Below are positions 1-8,598 of a stretch of 64,000 bases of DNA, piece by piece (positions within the stretch are counted from its first letter, which is position 1; each line of letters starts with the position of its first letter). The DNA comes from an uncultured bacterium. Its GTDB lineage: Bacteria; Patescibacteriota; Minisyncoccia; Phycocordibacterales; CAINVO01. The position numbers and the translations under genes were made by a program. The notes under the pieces are model-generated. The model had not been told where the DNA came from, searched no databases, and saw only the letters and a list, made by a program, of their open reading frames with translations. The stretch is from positions 2,557 to 66,556 of the forward strand of contig CAINVO010000029.1 of NCBI GenBank assembly GCA_903854195.1, in the 5' to 3' direction.

Positions 1-33
1 AGCTTTTGTTGTGAAATGGTTGAATGGAGGCAT
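1..33 (-). CDS. Partial 5' end of a probable ClpB/ClpC ATP-dependent chaperone; runs off the window
   Basis: Minus strand reads ATG CCT CCA TTC AAC CAT TTC ACA ACA AAA GCT = MPPFNHFTTKA, resembling the Clp N-domain start (FT.KA). Only 11 codons are visible. Confidence 0.5.
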   Translation of the reverse strand, partial: MPPFNHFTTKA

Positions 34-144
34 AGTTTTATTTTAAATAATTAAAGAAATAATGAGATTTCTAAAGTAAATGGAAAAGGTCTGAAAACGG
101 CTTATTTAATAGGTTTTACTGTAATTTTCCAACCTAATTGTACC

Positions 145-1425
145 TTAAAATATGATTTTTGCAATTGCCTTTACAAATAAATCAATATCTTTTTTAGTAG
201 TGAATCGTCCGAGACTAATGCGTAGTGAACTTTTTGCACATTCATTTTTTCCAAGTGCCTCTATAACGTACGAGGAGGAATCTTCACTTGATATTTTACA
301 ACTTGAAACTGATGAGATCGATACGCCTTTTACATCAAGCTGGAGGACGATGAACTCTGCATCAATCAGGTCAAGATTGGAATCACTATTTTTTTTAGAC
401 GATTTTAGACAGATGCTTAGAAAATTTGGAGCGACATCAGGATTGTCGATTGGGACATTTAAAGAAAAATTAAATCTGTTAGACATTTCTGATTTCTCGG
501 AAACATTTTTTAACTTTTCCAAACAATAACTCCTAAGTTCTAGGATCCTCAGAGACTCTTTTGAGTTTTCAGAAATCGCGATCCTAAGTGCTTCTGCAAA
601 ACCCACTATAGCTGCTGGATTTTCAGTACCTGACCGAAGACCATTCTCCTGCCCACCTCCATAGATAATTGGTAAAATATTTTTCTGAGCATTTCTATGC
701 ACAAATAGAACACCACTACCTTTTGGTCCATAAATCTTTGACGCATCCAACGTCATAAGGTCTATGCCGAGCTGGGGTACCCCTAAATTACAAAACAGGG
801 CTGCTTGACTTGCGTCAGTATGAAAATAAATTGGAAGACCTTCTTCCCTATTTTTTCTTTCTGCGCGGATAAGCTTAGCTATGTCTTTTATAGGCTGTAT
901 AGTCCCAACCTCATTATTTACATACATTATAGAAATCAAAATTGTTTCAGGCCGAATAGACTTCTTAATTTCACCGATATCCACAAGTCCATCTTCACTT
1001 ACAGAAATATATGTAACCTCAACAATGCCTTGATTTTCTAAAGCACGGCAAGTCTCAAGAACTGAACTATGCTCTATATTTGAAGTTACAATGTGTGGCT
1101 TAACTTTCGCCAGATCACTACTGTCAACAACATTGTTCGAATTTGAAATAGCCAATATTCCTCTAACCATACCCATGATTGCAAGATTATTTGATTCCGT
1201 TCCTCCACTTGTAAAAAATATTTCGTCTGAATGACCCCCAATAATATCTGCGACACTTTTGCGTGCCTCTAATATTTTTTTAGATACAAAAACTCCCTCT
1301 TTGTATAAAGATGATGCATTGCAAAAACCACCATCAAAACCCGCCATTAAAAAAGGCTTCATGGCTTTTAGAACTCTTTTGTCTAATGGTGTTGTAGATG
1401 CATAATCTAAATATACTCGTGACAT
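145..1425 (-). CDS. iscS: Cysteine desulfurase (IscS/NifS, PLP-dependent)
   Basis: YLDYASTTP, FTSGGTESNN, HTDASQA, ASKIYGPKG (PLP Lys), RSGTEN and SSVSSC (catalytic Cys) motifs. Confidence 0.92.
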   Translation of the reverse strand: MSRVYLDYASTTPLDKRVLKAMKPFLMAGFDGGFCNASSLYKEGVFVSKKILEARKSVADIIGGHSDEIFFTSGGTESNNLAIMGMVRGILAISNSNNVVDSSDLAKVKPHIVTSNIEHSSVLETCRALENQGIVEVTYISVSEDGLVDIGEIKKSIRPETILISIMYVNNEVGTIQPIKDIAKLIRAERKNREEGLPIYFHTDASQAALFCNLGVPQLGIDLMTLDASKIYGPKGSGVLFVHRNAQKNILPIIYGGGQENGLRSGTENPAAIVGFAEALRIAISENSKESLRILELRSYCLEKLKNVSEKSEMSNRFNFSLNVPIDNPDVAPNFLSICLKSSKKNSDSNLDLIDAEFIVLQLDVKGVSISSVSSCKISSEDSSSYVIEALGKNECAKSSLRISLGRFTTKKDIDLFVKAIAKIIF

Positions 1426-1490
1426 ATACCACCCATATTACGACACTCTTGCTTTTTTGCAAAAAGTCAGTTTTAGTGTATACTTTTCAA

Positions 1491-1991
1491 ATGCTTTTCT
1501 TCTATCAAACCGTATCTCAAAATCCGGCTTTAATTTTAGAAATAGTCACAGTGTTGGCTGTATTTTTTTTGTTACTTCTTGCCTGGATCATCAGACTTGA
1601 AATTAGAATGAAAAGACTACTAGTAGGAGAACACACAAAAAATATTCCAGAATCACTTACCTTCATAAAAAACTCTCTTTCAGACTTATCATCTTTTCGT
1701 AAGGAGTCTGAGCAATATTTAGAGACAGTTGAAAAAAGACTACGTAACAGTGTACAAGCGGTTGAGACAGTACGCTTCAACCCATTCAAAGGAATGGGCA
1801 CCGGAGGTAATCAGAGCTTCTCTACTGCACTACTTGATGAAAAAGGAAACGGGGTTGTTATTTCAAGCCTATATTCAAACGACCGAGTTTCCGTTTTCGC
1901 CAAACCAATTGTATCTGGAAAATCTGTATACGAACTGAGTGACGAAGAAAAAGAAAGTCTCACCAAGGCAAAGACCGCATTAAAAAGATAG
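1491..1991 (+). CDS. DUF4446-like membrane-anchored protein
   Basis: N-terminal TM; VRFNPF..GGNQSFS.ALLD..GNGVVISSLY..AKPI..LS.EE motif. The ATG at 1491 avoids overlap with iscS and follows TATACT by 6 nt. Confidence 0.75.
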   Translation: MLFFYQTVSQNPALILEIVTVLAVFFLLLLAWIIRLEIRMKRLLVGEHTKNIPESLTFIKNSLSDLSSFRKESEQYLETVEKRLRNSVQAVETVRFNPFKGMGTGGNQSFSTALLDEKGNGVVISSLYSNDRVSVFAKPIVSGKSVYELSDEEKESLTKAKTALKR

Positions 1992-2018
1992 TATGACTCA
2001 CCTAACCAACAAAAAGCT

Positions 2019-3581
2019 ATGCAGAAAAATACTCCGGATAACTCCGAACAACAAAATCAAGAACGACCTCCTGTAGTAGCAATTATGGGTCATATTGACC
2101 ATGGAAAATCCACACTTCTTGATTTCATTCGTAAATCAAACATAGTAGACAAAGAAATTGGTGGTATTACACAAAACATGTCTGCATATGAGGTATTGCA
2201 CCCAGTTGCAGCTGTTGATGGTAAAAACGCAACAAACAAAAAAATAACTTTCCTAGACACACCAGGTCATGAGTCTTTTTCACTTCTACGCAGTCGTGGA
2301 GCAAGTGTGGCAGATCTTGCCGTGCTTGTTGTATCAGCAGAAGACGGAGTAAAACCTCAGACATTGGATGCATTCAAGGCAATAACAGACGCCAACCTTC
2401 CTTATATAGTTGCTATAAACAAAATCGACAGACCCGGTGCTGATATCGAAAGAACAAAACTAAGCCTTGCTGAGAATAATATTTTCGTTGAAGGATACGG
2501 CGGCAGCATCACAGTTGTACCTATTTCCGCCAAGCTTGGAACAAATGTACCTGAACTTTTGGACATGATACTTTTAACAGCCGAGATGTCTGAACTAGTT
2601 GGAGATGTGGCTCGTACTGGCGAAGGTGTAGTAATCGAAACAAATCGCGACAAATCTGGTGTGTCAGCAACCATGATAGTGAAAAATGGCACCATCCGTA
2701 AAGGAATGTTTGTTGTGTCCGAAAAAGTCGGTGGTGGTTATACAATTGCCCCTGTCCGTATTTTAGAAAATTCAAATTCAAAACCAATAAACGCAGGCAC
2801 ATTCTCATCCCCTGTTAGAGTTGTTGGGTTCAGTGATATGCCTCAAACTGGTTCTATTTTTCATTCATTTAATACAAAAAAAGAAGCTGAAGCTTACACA
2901 GAAGATGCCGCCAACGGAAAAGAGAAAACTAGTTCAAAAAACAACAACGGAAACAACGGCATTCGCAACAAAACTCAGGCTTATGTTCTACCTATTATCA
3001 TCAAGGCCAACACATCTGGTGTTATTGATGCAATTGATTATGAAATAAACAAAATAAAAAACGACCGTATTTGTTACAAAATATTATACAGTGGCATCGG
3101 CGACATTTCAGAGAATGATATAAAAATTGCTGCTGGAAAAGAAGGAACACTAGTTCTTGGTTTTTCAACAAAAATAGATGGTTCTGCAAAAGCACTAGCA
3201 GAAAGAGTTGGTATTGAAGTAAGAGTTTTTGACATTATTTACAAGCTCACAGAATGGCTACAAGAAACAGCTCAAGCTCGTACACCCAAAATGGAAGTTG
3301 AAGAACAAAAAGGCCGCGTCAAGATTCTTAAATTTTTTAGCCGCACAAAAGACAAACAGGTTATTGGTGCAAGAGTTGAAGAAGGAAAGATTTCTATTGG
3401 TGATATCGTAAGAATTATCCGCCGCGAATCAGAGATCGGACGAGGTACCGTAAGAGAGCTCCAACAGGCCAAATCAAAGACCGGAGAGATCACCGAAGGA
3501 GAGTTTGGTGCAATGATTGAATCAAAAATTGAACTCGCTCCAGGAGACAAAGTAGAGCCTTTCCATGTTGTAAGTAAATAA
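2019..3581 (+). CDS. infB: Translation initiation factor IF-2 (short form lacking the N-terminal extension)
   Basis: RPPVVAIMGHIDHGKSTLLD, GGITQ, DTPGHESF and NKID GTPase motifs; adjacent to rbfA. Confidence 0.95.
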   Translation: MQKNTPDNSEQQNQERPPVVAIMGHIDHGKSTLLDFIRKSNIVDKEIGGITQNMSAYEVLHPVAAVDGKNATNKKITFLDTPGHESFSLLRSRGASVADLAVLVVSAEDGVKPQTLDAFKAITDANLPYIVAINKIDRPGADIERTKLSLAENNIFVEGYGGSITVVPISAKLGTNVPELLDMILLTAEMSELVGDVARTGEGVVIETNRDKSGVSATMIVKNGTIRKGMFVVSEKVGGGYTIAPVRILENSNSKPINAGTFSSPVRVVGFSDMPQTGSIFHSFNTKKEAEAYTEDAANGKEKTSSKNNNGNNGIRNKTQAYVLPIIIKANTSGVIDAIDYEINKIKNDRICYKILYSGIGDISENDIKIAAGKEGTLVLGFSTKIDGSAKALAERVGIEVRVFDIIYKLTEWLQETAQARTPKMEVEEQKGRVKILKFFSRTKDKQVIGARVEEGKISIGDIVRIIRRESEIGRGTVRELQQAKSKTGEITEGEFGAMIESKIELAPGDKVEPFHVVSK

Positions 3582-3645
3582 ACAGGTAACACAATCTAGA
3601 TAAAATAATTGCAAAGAAACGATAAATAGACTATAAACAACGCAT

Positions 3646-3969
3646 ATGGCATACAGATCAGAAAAAATTACAGAGATGTTGAAGCATTTGGCGGGAAAAT
3701 TCCTTGCTGAGGAGTCCAATGGCCAATCACTAATTACTGTAACAAACGTTACCCTTTCAGATGATGAAAAAACTGCTGTAATTTTATTTACGGTTTTTCC
3801 TGATAGTAAAGAAGCAGCTGTTCTTGATTTTACAAAACGAAAGCGAAGTGAATTCAAAAAATACGTAAAATCCAATAGTTCAATCGGACGAATTCCCTTT
3901 TTTGATTTTTCAATTGATGGTGGCGAAAAAAATCGTCAATTGATAGACAACATAAGTCACAGCCTCTAA
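3646..3969 (+). CDS. rbfA: Ribosome-binding factor A
   Basis: ITVTNVTLSDDEKTAVI and RIPFFDFSID motifs; directly after infB. Confidence 0.85.
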   Translation: MAYRSEKITEMLKHLAGKFLAEESNGQSLITVTNVTLSDDEKTAVILFTVFPDSKEAAVLDFTKRKRSEFKKYVKSNSSIGRIPFFDFSIDGGEKNRQLIDNISHSL

Positions 3970-4058
3970 TTTTGAGACCATTCCATCATATGTTATCCTA
4001 GTAATGCCCATGTGGCAGACCATACCTTGAGCTTAACTCAATACTTTGATCAAAACAT

Positions 4059-4133
4059 GGCGTAGTAGCCAAGTGGTAAGGCAAGGATCTGCAAAATCTT
4101 TATACGCCGGTTCGATTCCGGCCTACGCCTCCA
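4059..4133 (+). tRNA. tRNA-Cys(GCA), CCA encoded
   Basis: GGCGTAG/CTACGCC acceptor stem, anticodon loop CT-GCA-AA, GGTTCGATTCC T-arm, TCCA end. Confidence 0.95.
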
Positions 4134-4186
4134 AAAACATCTAACAGGTAGATTTATCAAGTCTTTTTTGCTAAAGTATATGTCAC

Positions 4187-4270
4187 GCCCGGGTGACGTA
4201 ATTGGTAGCCGTATGAGACTTAAAATCTCAGGATCGCAAGATCGTGTGGGTTCGATTCCCACCCCGGGCA
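4187..4270 (+). tRNA. tRNA-Leu(TAA)
   Basis: GCCCGGG/CCCGGGC stem, TGAGA-CT-TAA-AA-TCTCA anticodon arm, long variable arm GATCGCAAGATC, GGTTCGATTCC. Confidence 0.95.
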
Positions 4271-4297
4271 CAATAAGAGAACACTACCGCAAAAAAC

Positions 4298-5170
4298 ATA
4301 ATTTCTAAAAATGTAAGTAAAAATAAGTTCAAAATATTAGACGGCAAAAAGCTGAGTGTTTTACTTGCGGAAGATTTAAAAGAAAAAATACAAAAGTTAA
4401 AAATCAAGCCAAAACTGATCATTATTCAGATTGGTGATTTGGACGCCTCAAATATTTATATTCGTAGAAAAATTTCATTTGCCCAAAAAATTGGAGCTTT
4501 AGTGGAACATAAAAAATATCCTGAAAGTACAAAAGAATCAAAAATTATTCTAGACATCGTAAAATACAACTTAGACAAAACAGTCCACGGCATTATTGTA
4601 CAACTACCAATTCCGAGCCATTTTAATAAAAATAAAATTATTGAGTCAGTTGATCCAAATAAAGATATTGATGGACTAACCTCATTTAATACAAAACGCC
4701 TATTTGATAACCAAGAAATTATTACACCCGCCACAACAAAAGGCATACTAACTTTACTTGATTATTACAAAATAAAAATTGATGGGAAAAGAGTAGCAAT
4801 AGTTGGTCGTTCGTCTCTAGTTGGTAAACCTACAGCCCTTGCTTTCCTAAACAGAAACTCTACCGTAGTTGTCTGCCATTCACATACAAAGCATTTAGAA
4901 AAAATTACCAAGGACTGTGACATCATTATTGCAGCTATTGGTTACCCAAAATTTATAACAAAAAAGCATCTCTCAAAAAACCAGACTATTATTGATGTAG
5001 GCATCAATCTTGGTACAAACGGCAAACTCGTCGGTGACACTGATTATGAGGCCATAAAAGGCTCTGTAGGGGCAATTTCACCGGTTCCTGGGGGTGTAGG
5101 GCCAATGACCATAGTATCTATTTTCCAAAACCTTTTAATTACCCATTCCCTACAAATAAAGAAAAAATAA
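4298..5170 (+). CDS. folD: Bifunctional methylenetetrahydrofolate dehydrogenase/cyclohydrolase; start codon uncertain and non-canonical
   Basis: ILDGK, VHGIIVQLP, KDIDGL, GRSSLVGKP, IDVGIN and PVPGGVGPMT motifs. The conserved frame extends upstream of the TTG at 4439 to a stop at 4274-4276. Confidence 0.9.
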   Translation: MISKNVSKNKFKILDGKKLSVLLAEDLKEKIQKLKIKPKLIIIQIGDLDASNIYIRRKISFAQKIGALVEHKKYPESTKESKIILDIVKYNLDKTVHGIIVQLPIPSHFNKNKIIESVDPNKDIDGLTSFNTKRLFDNQEIITPATTKGILTLLDYYKIKIDGKRVAIVGRSSLVGKPTALAFLNRNSTVVVCHSHTKHLEKITKDCDIIIAAIGYPKFITKKHLSKNQTIIDVGINLGTNGKLVGDTDYEAIKGSVGAISPVPGGVGPMTIVSIFQNLLITHSLQIKKK

Positions 5171-5237
5171 TTCCAGACATAGACAAAAAAACTTTAAACC
5201 TGTACTGTTTTTTGTTTACGAACACAGACCACGAATA

Positions 5238-5320
5238 TTGACAATTTGATTTTTAGTGTTAGTCTGAGGCTAGAAACAAACTGTGTCGGGTGGATACCTA
5301 ACCAGTTTACAAACAGGAGG
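5238..5320 (+). promoter_or_regulatory. Sigma70-like promoter and strong SD for 5329..6048
   Basis: TTGACA (5238-43), then TG-n-TAGTCT (5257-65); AGGAGG at 5315-20, 8 nt before the ATG. Confidence 0.6.
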
Positions 5321-5328
5321 AATAACTT

Positions 5329-6048
5329 ATGATCATTAAAATATTGCTGGAGGATGCCCAAAAAATGGGACTCTTCGAAACATCGCTTATCATTGGGCTA
5401 ACAGTTGCCTACTTTTCAGCTTTATTCATTCAAGCTGAAGAAGTGCGAAAATACTACAAAACATTTCCGCCTTCCCAAACCATCTACCACGCAGGTCTGG
5501 CAAATTTATTTATTTACTTTTGCTTTTACTGCGATTCAATGAAACACCCCGTACTGGCAGTTGCAAGCTTTCTATGTGCCAGCGGTAACGAAACAATCGC
5601 GTTATGGGCATCAAAGATAGGCCCAACTAAAAAAACAATGACTGTCGTTGTGTCGTTCGGACTAGTACCCATCATTGTCATCATGGTTGCAATGATTAGT
5701 AAAATGACGGTTACAGGCGGTCACACAGAAATCCAGATGCTTCTAGCCACGGCCGTCCTTGTGAGTTTAATTGGACTTGCAATTTCCACAGAGATTTGGG
5801 AAAAGAAAAAAGTTGAAGGTTTTGCAAATACTTGTAAAATCTACAAAAGCCACCAAGCAATATGTATTGCAATACTGTTGTTCATTTGGATTCCGCTGTT
5901 CATTGGCGAGCCTATCGATTTCCTTGGATCAAAAAGTCTGATGATTATTTTTCTGAGTGTTGCCACAGCGGCAATTTCCAGAAGAATGTTGCTAACTGAT
6001 TTAAGTCAGCAAATCAACGAAACACAAAATCCCCCTATCACAACTTGA
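5329..6048 (+). CDS. Hypothetical multi-pass membrane protein
   Basis: About 6-7 hydrophobic segments, own promoter/SD/terminator, no recognisable motif. Confidence 0.65.
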   Translation: MIIKILLEDAQKMGLFETSLIIGLTVAYFSALFIQAEEVRKYYKTFPPSQTIYHAGLANLFIYFCFYCDSMKHPVLAVASFLCASGNETIALWASKIGPTKKTMTVVVSFGLVPIIVIMVAMISKMTVTGGHTEIQMLLATAVLVSLIGLAISTEIWEKKKVEGFANTCKIYKSHQAICIAILLFIWIPLFIGEPIDFLGSKSLMIIFLSVATAAISRRMLLTDLSQQINETQNPPITT

Positions 6049-6068
6049 GACCAAAAATCATCAAGTTC

Positions 6069-6098
6069 AAAACCACCGACTGGCAACCGGTGGTTTTT
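6069..6098 (+). terminator. Intrinsic terminator
   Basis: AAAACCACCG...CGGTGGTTTTT hairpin with T-tract. Confidence 0.7.
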
Positions 6099-6173
6099 AT
6101 TTTAAAAACATAGTTAAAAATACCATAGGCAAACATTGCTCTTTTTGGTTTTTTTTGGTATAAAAGTACCTAT

Positions 6174-6246
6174 CCGCCCATAGCTCAGATGGTAGAGCGC
6201 TCGCCTCTTAAGCGATTGGTCGTAGGTTCGATTCCTACTGGGCGGA
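6174..6246 (+). tRNA. tRNA-Lys(CTT)
   Basis: CCGCCCA/TGGGCGG stem, TAGCTCAGATGGTAGAGC D-arm, loop CT-CTT-AA, GGTTCGATTCC. Confidence 0.9.
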
Positions 6247-6354
6247 CAAGTAAAATTGATTTTTTATTATTGAAATATTAATTTTATTTTATGTTTACTT
6301 TTCCTCAGTAAGAGGGTAAAGTATTCAGGAGCCGGAAAGTTGAAAGATAAATAT

Positions 6355-6438
6355 GCCGAGGTGGCGAAATTGGCAGACGCACTTGCCTTAGGAGCAAGCG
6401 GGGTTAAACCCATGGAGGTTCAAGTCCTCTCCTCGGCA
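6355..6438 (+). tRNA. tRNA-Leu(TAG)
   Basis: GCCGAGG/CCTCGGC stem, CTTGC-CT-TAG-GA-GCAAG arm, variable arm GGGTTAAACCC, GGTTCAAGTCC. Confidence 0.95.
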
Positions 6439-6485
6439 CAAAAAACAAAATACACAACCTTACGGTTGTGTATTTTGTTTTTTGT
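6438..6485. terminator. 22-bp perfect hairpin directly after tRNA-Leu
   Basis: ACAAAAAACAAAATACACAACC-TTAC-GGTTGTGTATTTTGTTTTTTGT. Confidence 0.75.
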
Positions 6486-6489
6486 AATA

Positions 6490-6609
6490 GCCGAAGAGAG
6501 GACTTGAAAGCCGGACTGAAGTCTCGATGTGAGCGACCTTGCGAACCGAGACGAGGGAGGCGGGGTCTCGTGGAAAATTGCGCAGCAATTTTAACATGTG
6601 ACCAAGTCC
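6490..6609. repeat. tRNA-anchored structured element: antisense T-arm copy, GC-rich hairpin core, then sense T-arm fragment
   Basis: 6490-6508 is the reverse complement of tRNA-Leu 6419-6437 (18/19). The element ends TGTGACC|AAGTCC, and GGACTTG/CAAGTCC closes it. Confidence 0.7.
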
Positions 6610-6623
6610 ACAAAACACATAAC

Positions 6624-6659
6624 AAAAAAACACCACCTCTTTCGAAGTGGTGCTTTTTT
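6624..6659 (-). terminator. Probable terminator of the pilin cluster
   Basis: A-tract, CACCAC...GTGGTG, T-tract just past the last pilin stop codon. Confidence 0.55.
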
Positions 6660-6674
6660 ATTTACTCGCTTTTA

Positions 6675-6950
6675 TTATTTCTTTATTTGATTGATAGCAG
6701 TTGAGTCAGCACCAATTGTGTTTATGATTACGTTCACAATGCCGAATGCAGAAAGCATAATGGCAAGACCTACAATTCCCCACAATATATGTCTACCTCC
6801 CTTTGTGCGTGCCTCCTCACTATCTGAGTGACCCACAAACTCTAATACCCCCCAAAGAAAAACCAGAAGTGCTACAGCAACCAAAAGCAGTATTATCGGA
6901 TTAACAATATACTGGTCAATTTTGTGAATGAAATTTAAAGCCGGAGTCAT
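6675..6950 (-). CDS. VirB2/TrbC-like (T4SS-type) pilin
   Basis: Two TM helices separated by a charged loop (VFLWGVLEFV..SDSEEARTKGGRHILWGIVGLAIM). Confidence 0.75.
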   Translation of the reverse strand: MTPALNFIHKIDQYIVNPIILLLVAVALLVFLWGVLEFVGHSDSEEARTKGGRHILWGIVGLAIMLSAFGIVNVIINTIGADSTAINQIKK

Positions 6951-6968
6951 TTATTAGTACTAATTGTA

Positions 6969-7343
6969 TTAGTTTACTTGACCACCTACATTTGGAAGTC
7001 CAGGTGCATTGATAGGTGTGTTATCTAGTCCAGGAATACTTGTCTTCAAAATGTTAACAAGTCCCCATACTGATACCATCACAAACAAAGCAATAATGCC
7101 CCAAAGCATAAAGCTTCTTGCTTCACGTCTTTTTTCTTCATCAGCACCTGACACAACGTACAAAAGAATACCCCAAAGAAAGACCAATACTGTCAATGAG
7201 ATAATGAAAGGTAGAAGCTGGTTGATAAGTGAACTTGCTTGTGTAAGCAAAAGGAAAATACCGTTGACACCTGTAGCTGCAAAAGCTAGGAAAGGTGCCG
7301 CACTGAGTGTCACTGTTGAAATACCTATGAGTGTTTTTTTCAT
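6969..7343 (-). CDS. VirB2/TrbC-like pilin with signal peptide
   Basis: Signal ending AFA; VFLWGILLYV..ADEEKRREARSFMLWGIIALFVMVSVWGLV. Confidence 0.78.
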   Translation of the reverse strand: MKKTLIGISTVTLSAAPFLAFAATGVNGIFLLLTQASSLINQLLPFIISLTVLVFLWGILLYVVSGADEEKRREARSFMLWGIIALFVMVSVWGLVNILKTSIPGLDNTPINAPGLPNVGGQVN

Positions 7344-7504
7344 TTAGTTCTATTAAAATAATAATTTTATAAAGCGAGCTTTGATATTGAAAGATATTCA
7401 AACTCCCTTACATTTTAGCAACTTTTGTTTTGAAATACAAAGGTTTTTAAATTTATGTGGGGATAGTAAATGTTTACTAAAAATTTAAATACAGATTATT
7501 AAAG

Positions 7505-7801
7505 CTACTGGAGCTGAGGAATAATAACTGCACCTCCAAAAAGAGTACCTGTGAGAATATTTACCAAACCCCAAACTGATACCATCACGGCAAGCCCGAT
7601 AATACCGTAGATCATGAAATTTCTTCCTTCTATGCGCTTATCCTCACTTCCTGCAGACATAACGAAGTTAAAAATACCCCAAAGAAAAACTAAAATCGTT
7701 AAACTTATAATTAAGGGCAGTAACTGATTTATAAGTGCGGCAATAAGGTGCACAACATCCGTAAAATTTGCAACAGCTGCTGTTTGTGTTGATGGCTTCA
7801 T
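7505..7801 (-). CDS. VirB2/TrbC-like pilin, close paralog of 6969..7343
   Basis: Shares LINQLLP.IISLT.LVFLWGI and VMVSVWGLVNIL with its neighbour. Confidence 0.78.
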   Translation of the reverse strand: MKPSTQTAAVANFTDVVHLIAALINQLLPLIISLTILVFLWGIFNFVMSAGSEDKRIEGRNFMIYGIIGLAVMVSVWGLVNILTGTLFGGAVIIPQLQ

Positions 7802-7807
7802 ATTTAT

Positions 7808-8212
7808 TTATTTTAATTGACCAACTGTACCAGTAATTGCAACTTGAATAACACTAGCTCCCAATATAATAGCTGCTCCGACAACAACCCATGTAAGAGT
7901 TTTGTGTGCTGTTTCAATTTTTTTCACATCCCCTCCCGATGTCACGTAAAGAAAACCTGCATAAATAATAAAGAACACTGTCACAAGTGCCCCAAGAACC
8001 TTAACGACACCTAGGAGCACATTTATAAAATCAGCAAGGGTGCTAGCTGTTTTTATTGGGTTATCCAACTTAGCTTGTGCATCAGCGTTTGAAGCAAAAG
8101 CCAATGTAGATAGAGCAACCATAATAAACCCTGCAGGTTGAACTAATTTCTTAAAAATTTGCTTAATTTTATTTTGTATTTTCATTATTTTAATTTTATC
8201 TTTATGAACCAA
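7808..8212 (-). CDS. VirB2/TrbC-like pilin
   Basis: LDNPI; IIYAGFLYVTSGGDVKKIETAHKTLTWVVVGAAIILGA. Confidence 0.8.
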   Translation of the reverse strand: MVHKDKIKIMKIQNKIKQIFKKLVQPAGFIMVALSTLAFASNADAQAKLDNPIKTASTLADFINVLLGVVKVLGALVTVFFIIYAGFLYVTSGGDVKKIETAHKTLTWVVVGAAIILGASVIQVAITGTVGQLK

Positions 8213-8597
8213 GTAAACTATAACCAGGATTCACACCAAGCCCTGTCAAAATAAACTGAACAATTAACCACGCTAGTAAAGCAACAATAAGACCGACAAC
8301 AGCCTTAAACATGACACTATGGGCCTTTTTAACCTGCGTTTCACTTCCAGCTGCTGTAAGGTATAGGAAGCCTGCATAAACAAAAAGTAAAACAGCAGCG
8401 GTTATCGCAAGATAAAGTAAAAAACCCACAACAGTGTTGACCAAAATCATGAAATCACTCCAACCACAACCCTGAGCAGCACTAAAACATTGCAACTGCA
8501 ATGTTTTAGTCTGCGCACTAGCCAGTATTGGGAAAAATAAAAAAACAAATACAGAAAAAATTGATTGGATTTTAAATTTAATTATTTTCTGCATCAT
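8202..8597 (-). CDS. VirB2/TrbC-like pilin with N-terminal Cys pair
   Basis: C..C before FVYAGFLYLTAAGSETQVKKAHSVMFKAVVGLIVALLAWLIV. Confidence 0.8.
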   Translation of the reverse strand: MMQKIIKFKIQSIFSVFVFLFFPILASAQTKTLQLQCFSAAQGCGWSDFMILVNTVVGFLLYLAITAAVLLFVYAGFLYLTAAGSETQVKKAHSVMFKAVVGLIVALLAWLIVQFILTGLGVNPGYSLLGS

Positions 8598-8598
8598 C

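Noticed and set aside
4050-4271. ORF-track entries overlapping tRNAs (also 6404..6704, the 41669 start, 47419..47810, 50849..51055, 53094..53297)
   Set aside because: They are translations of tRNA genes or their complements.
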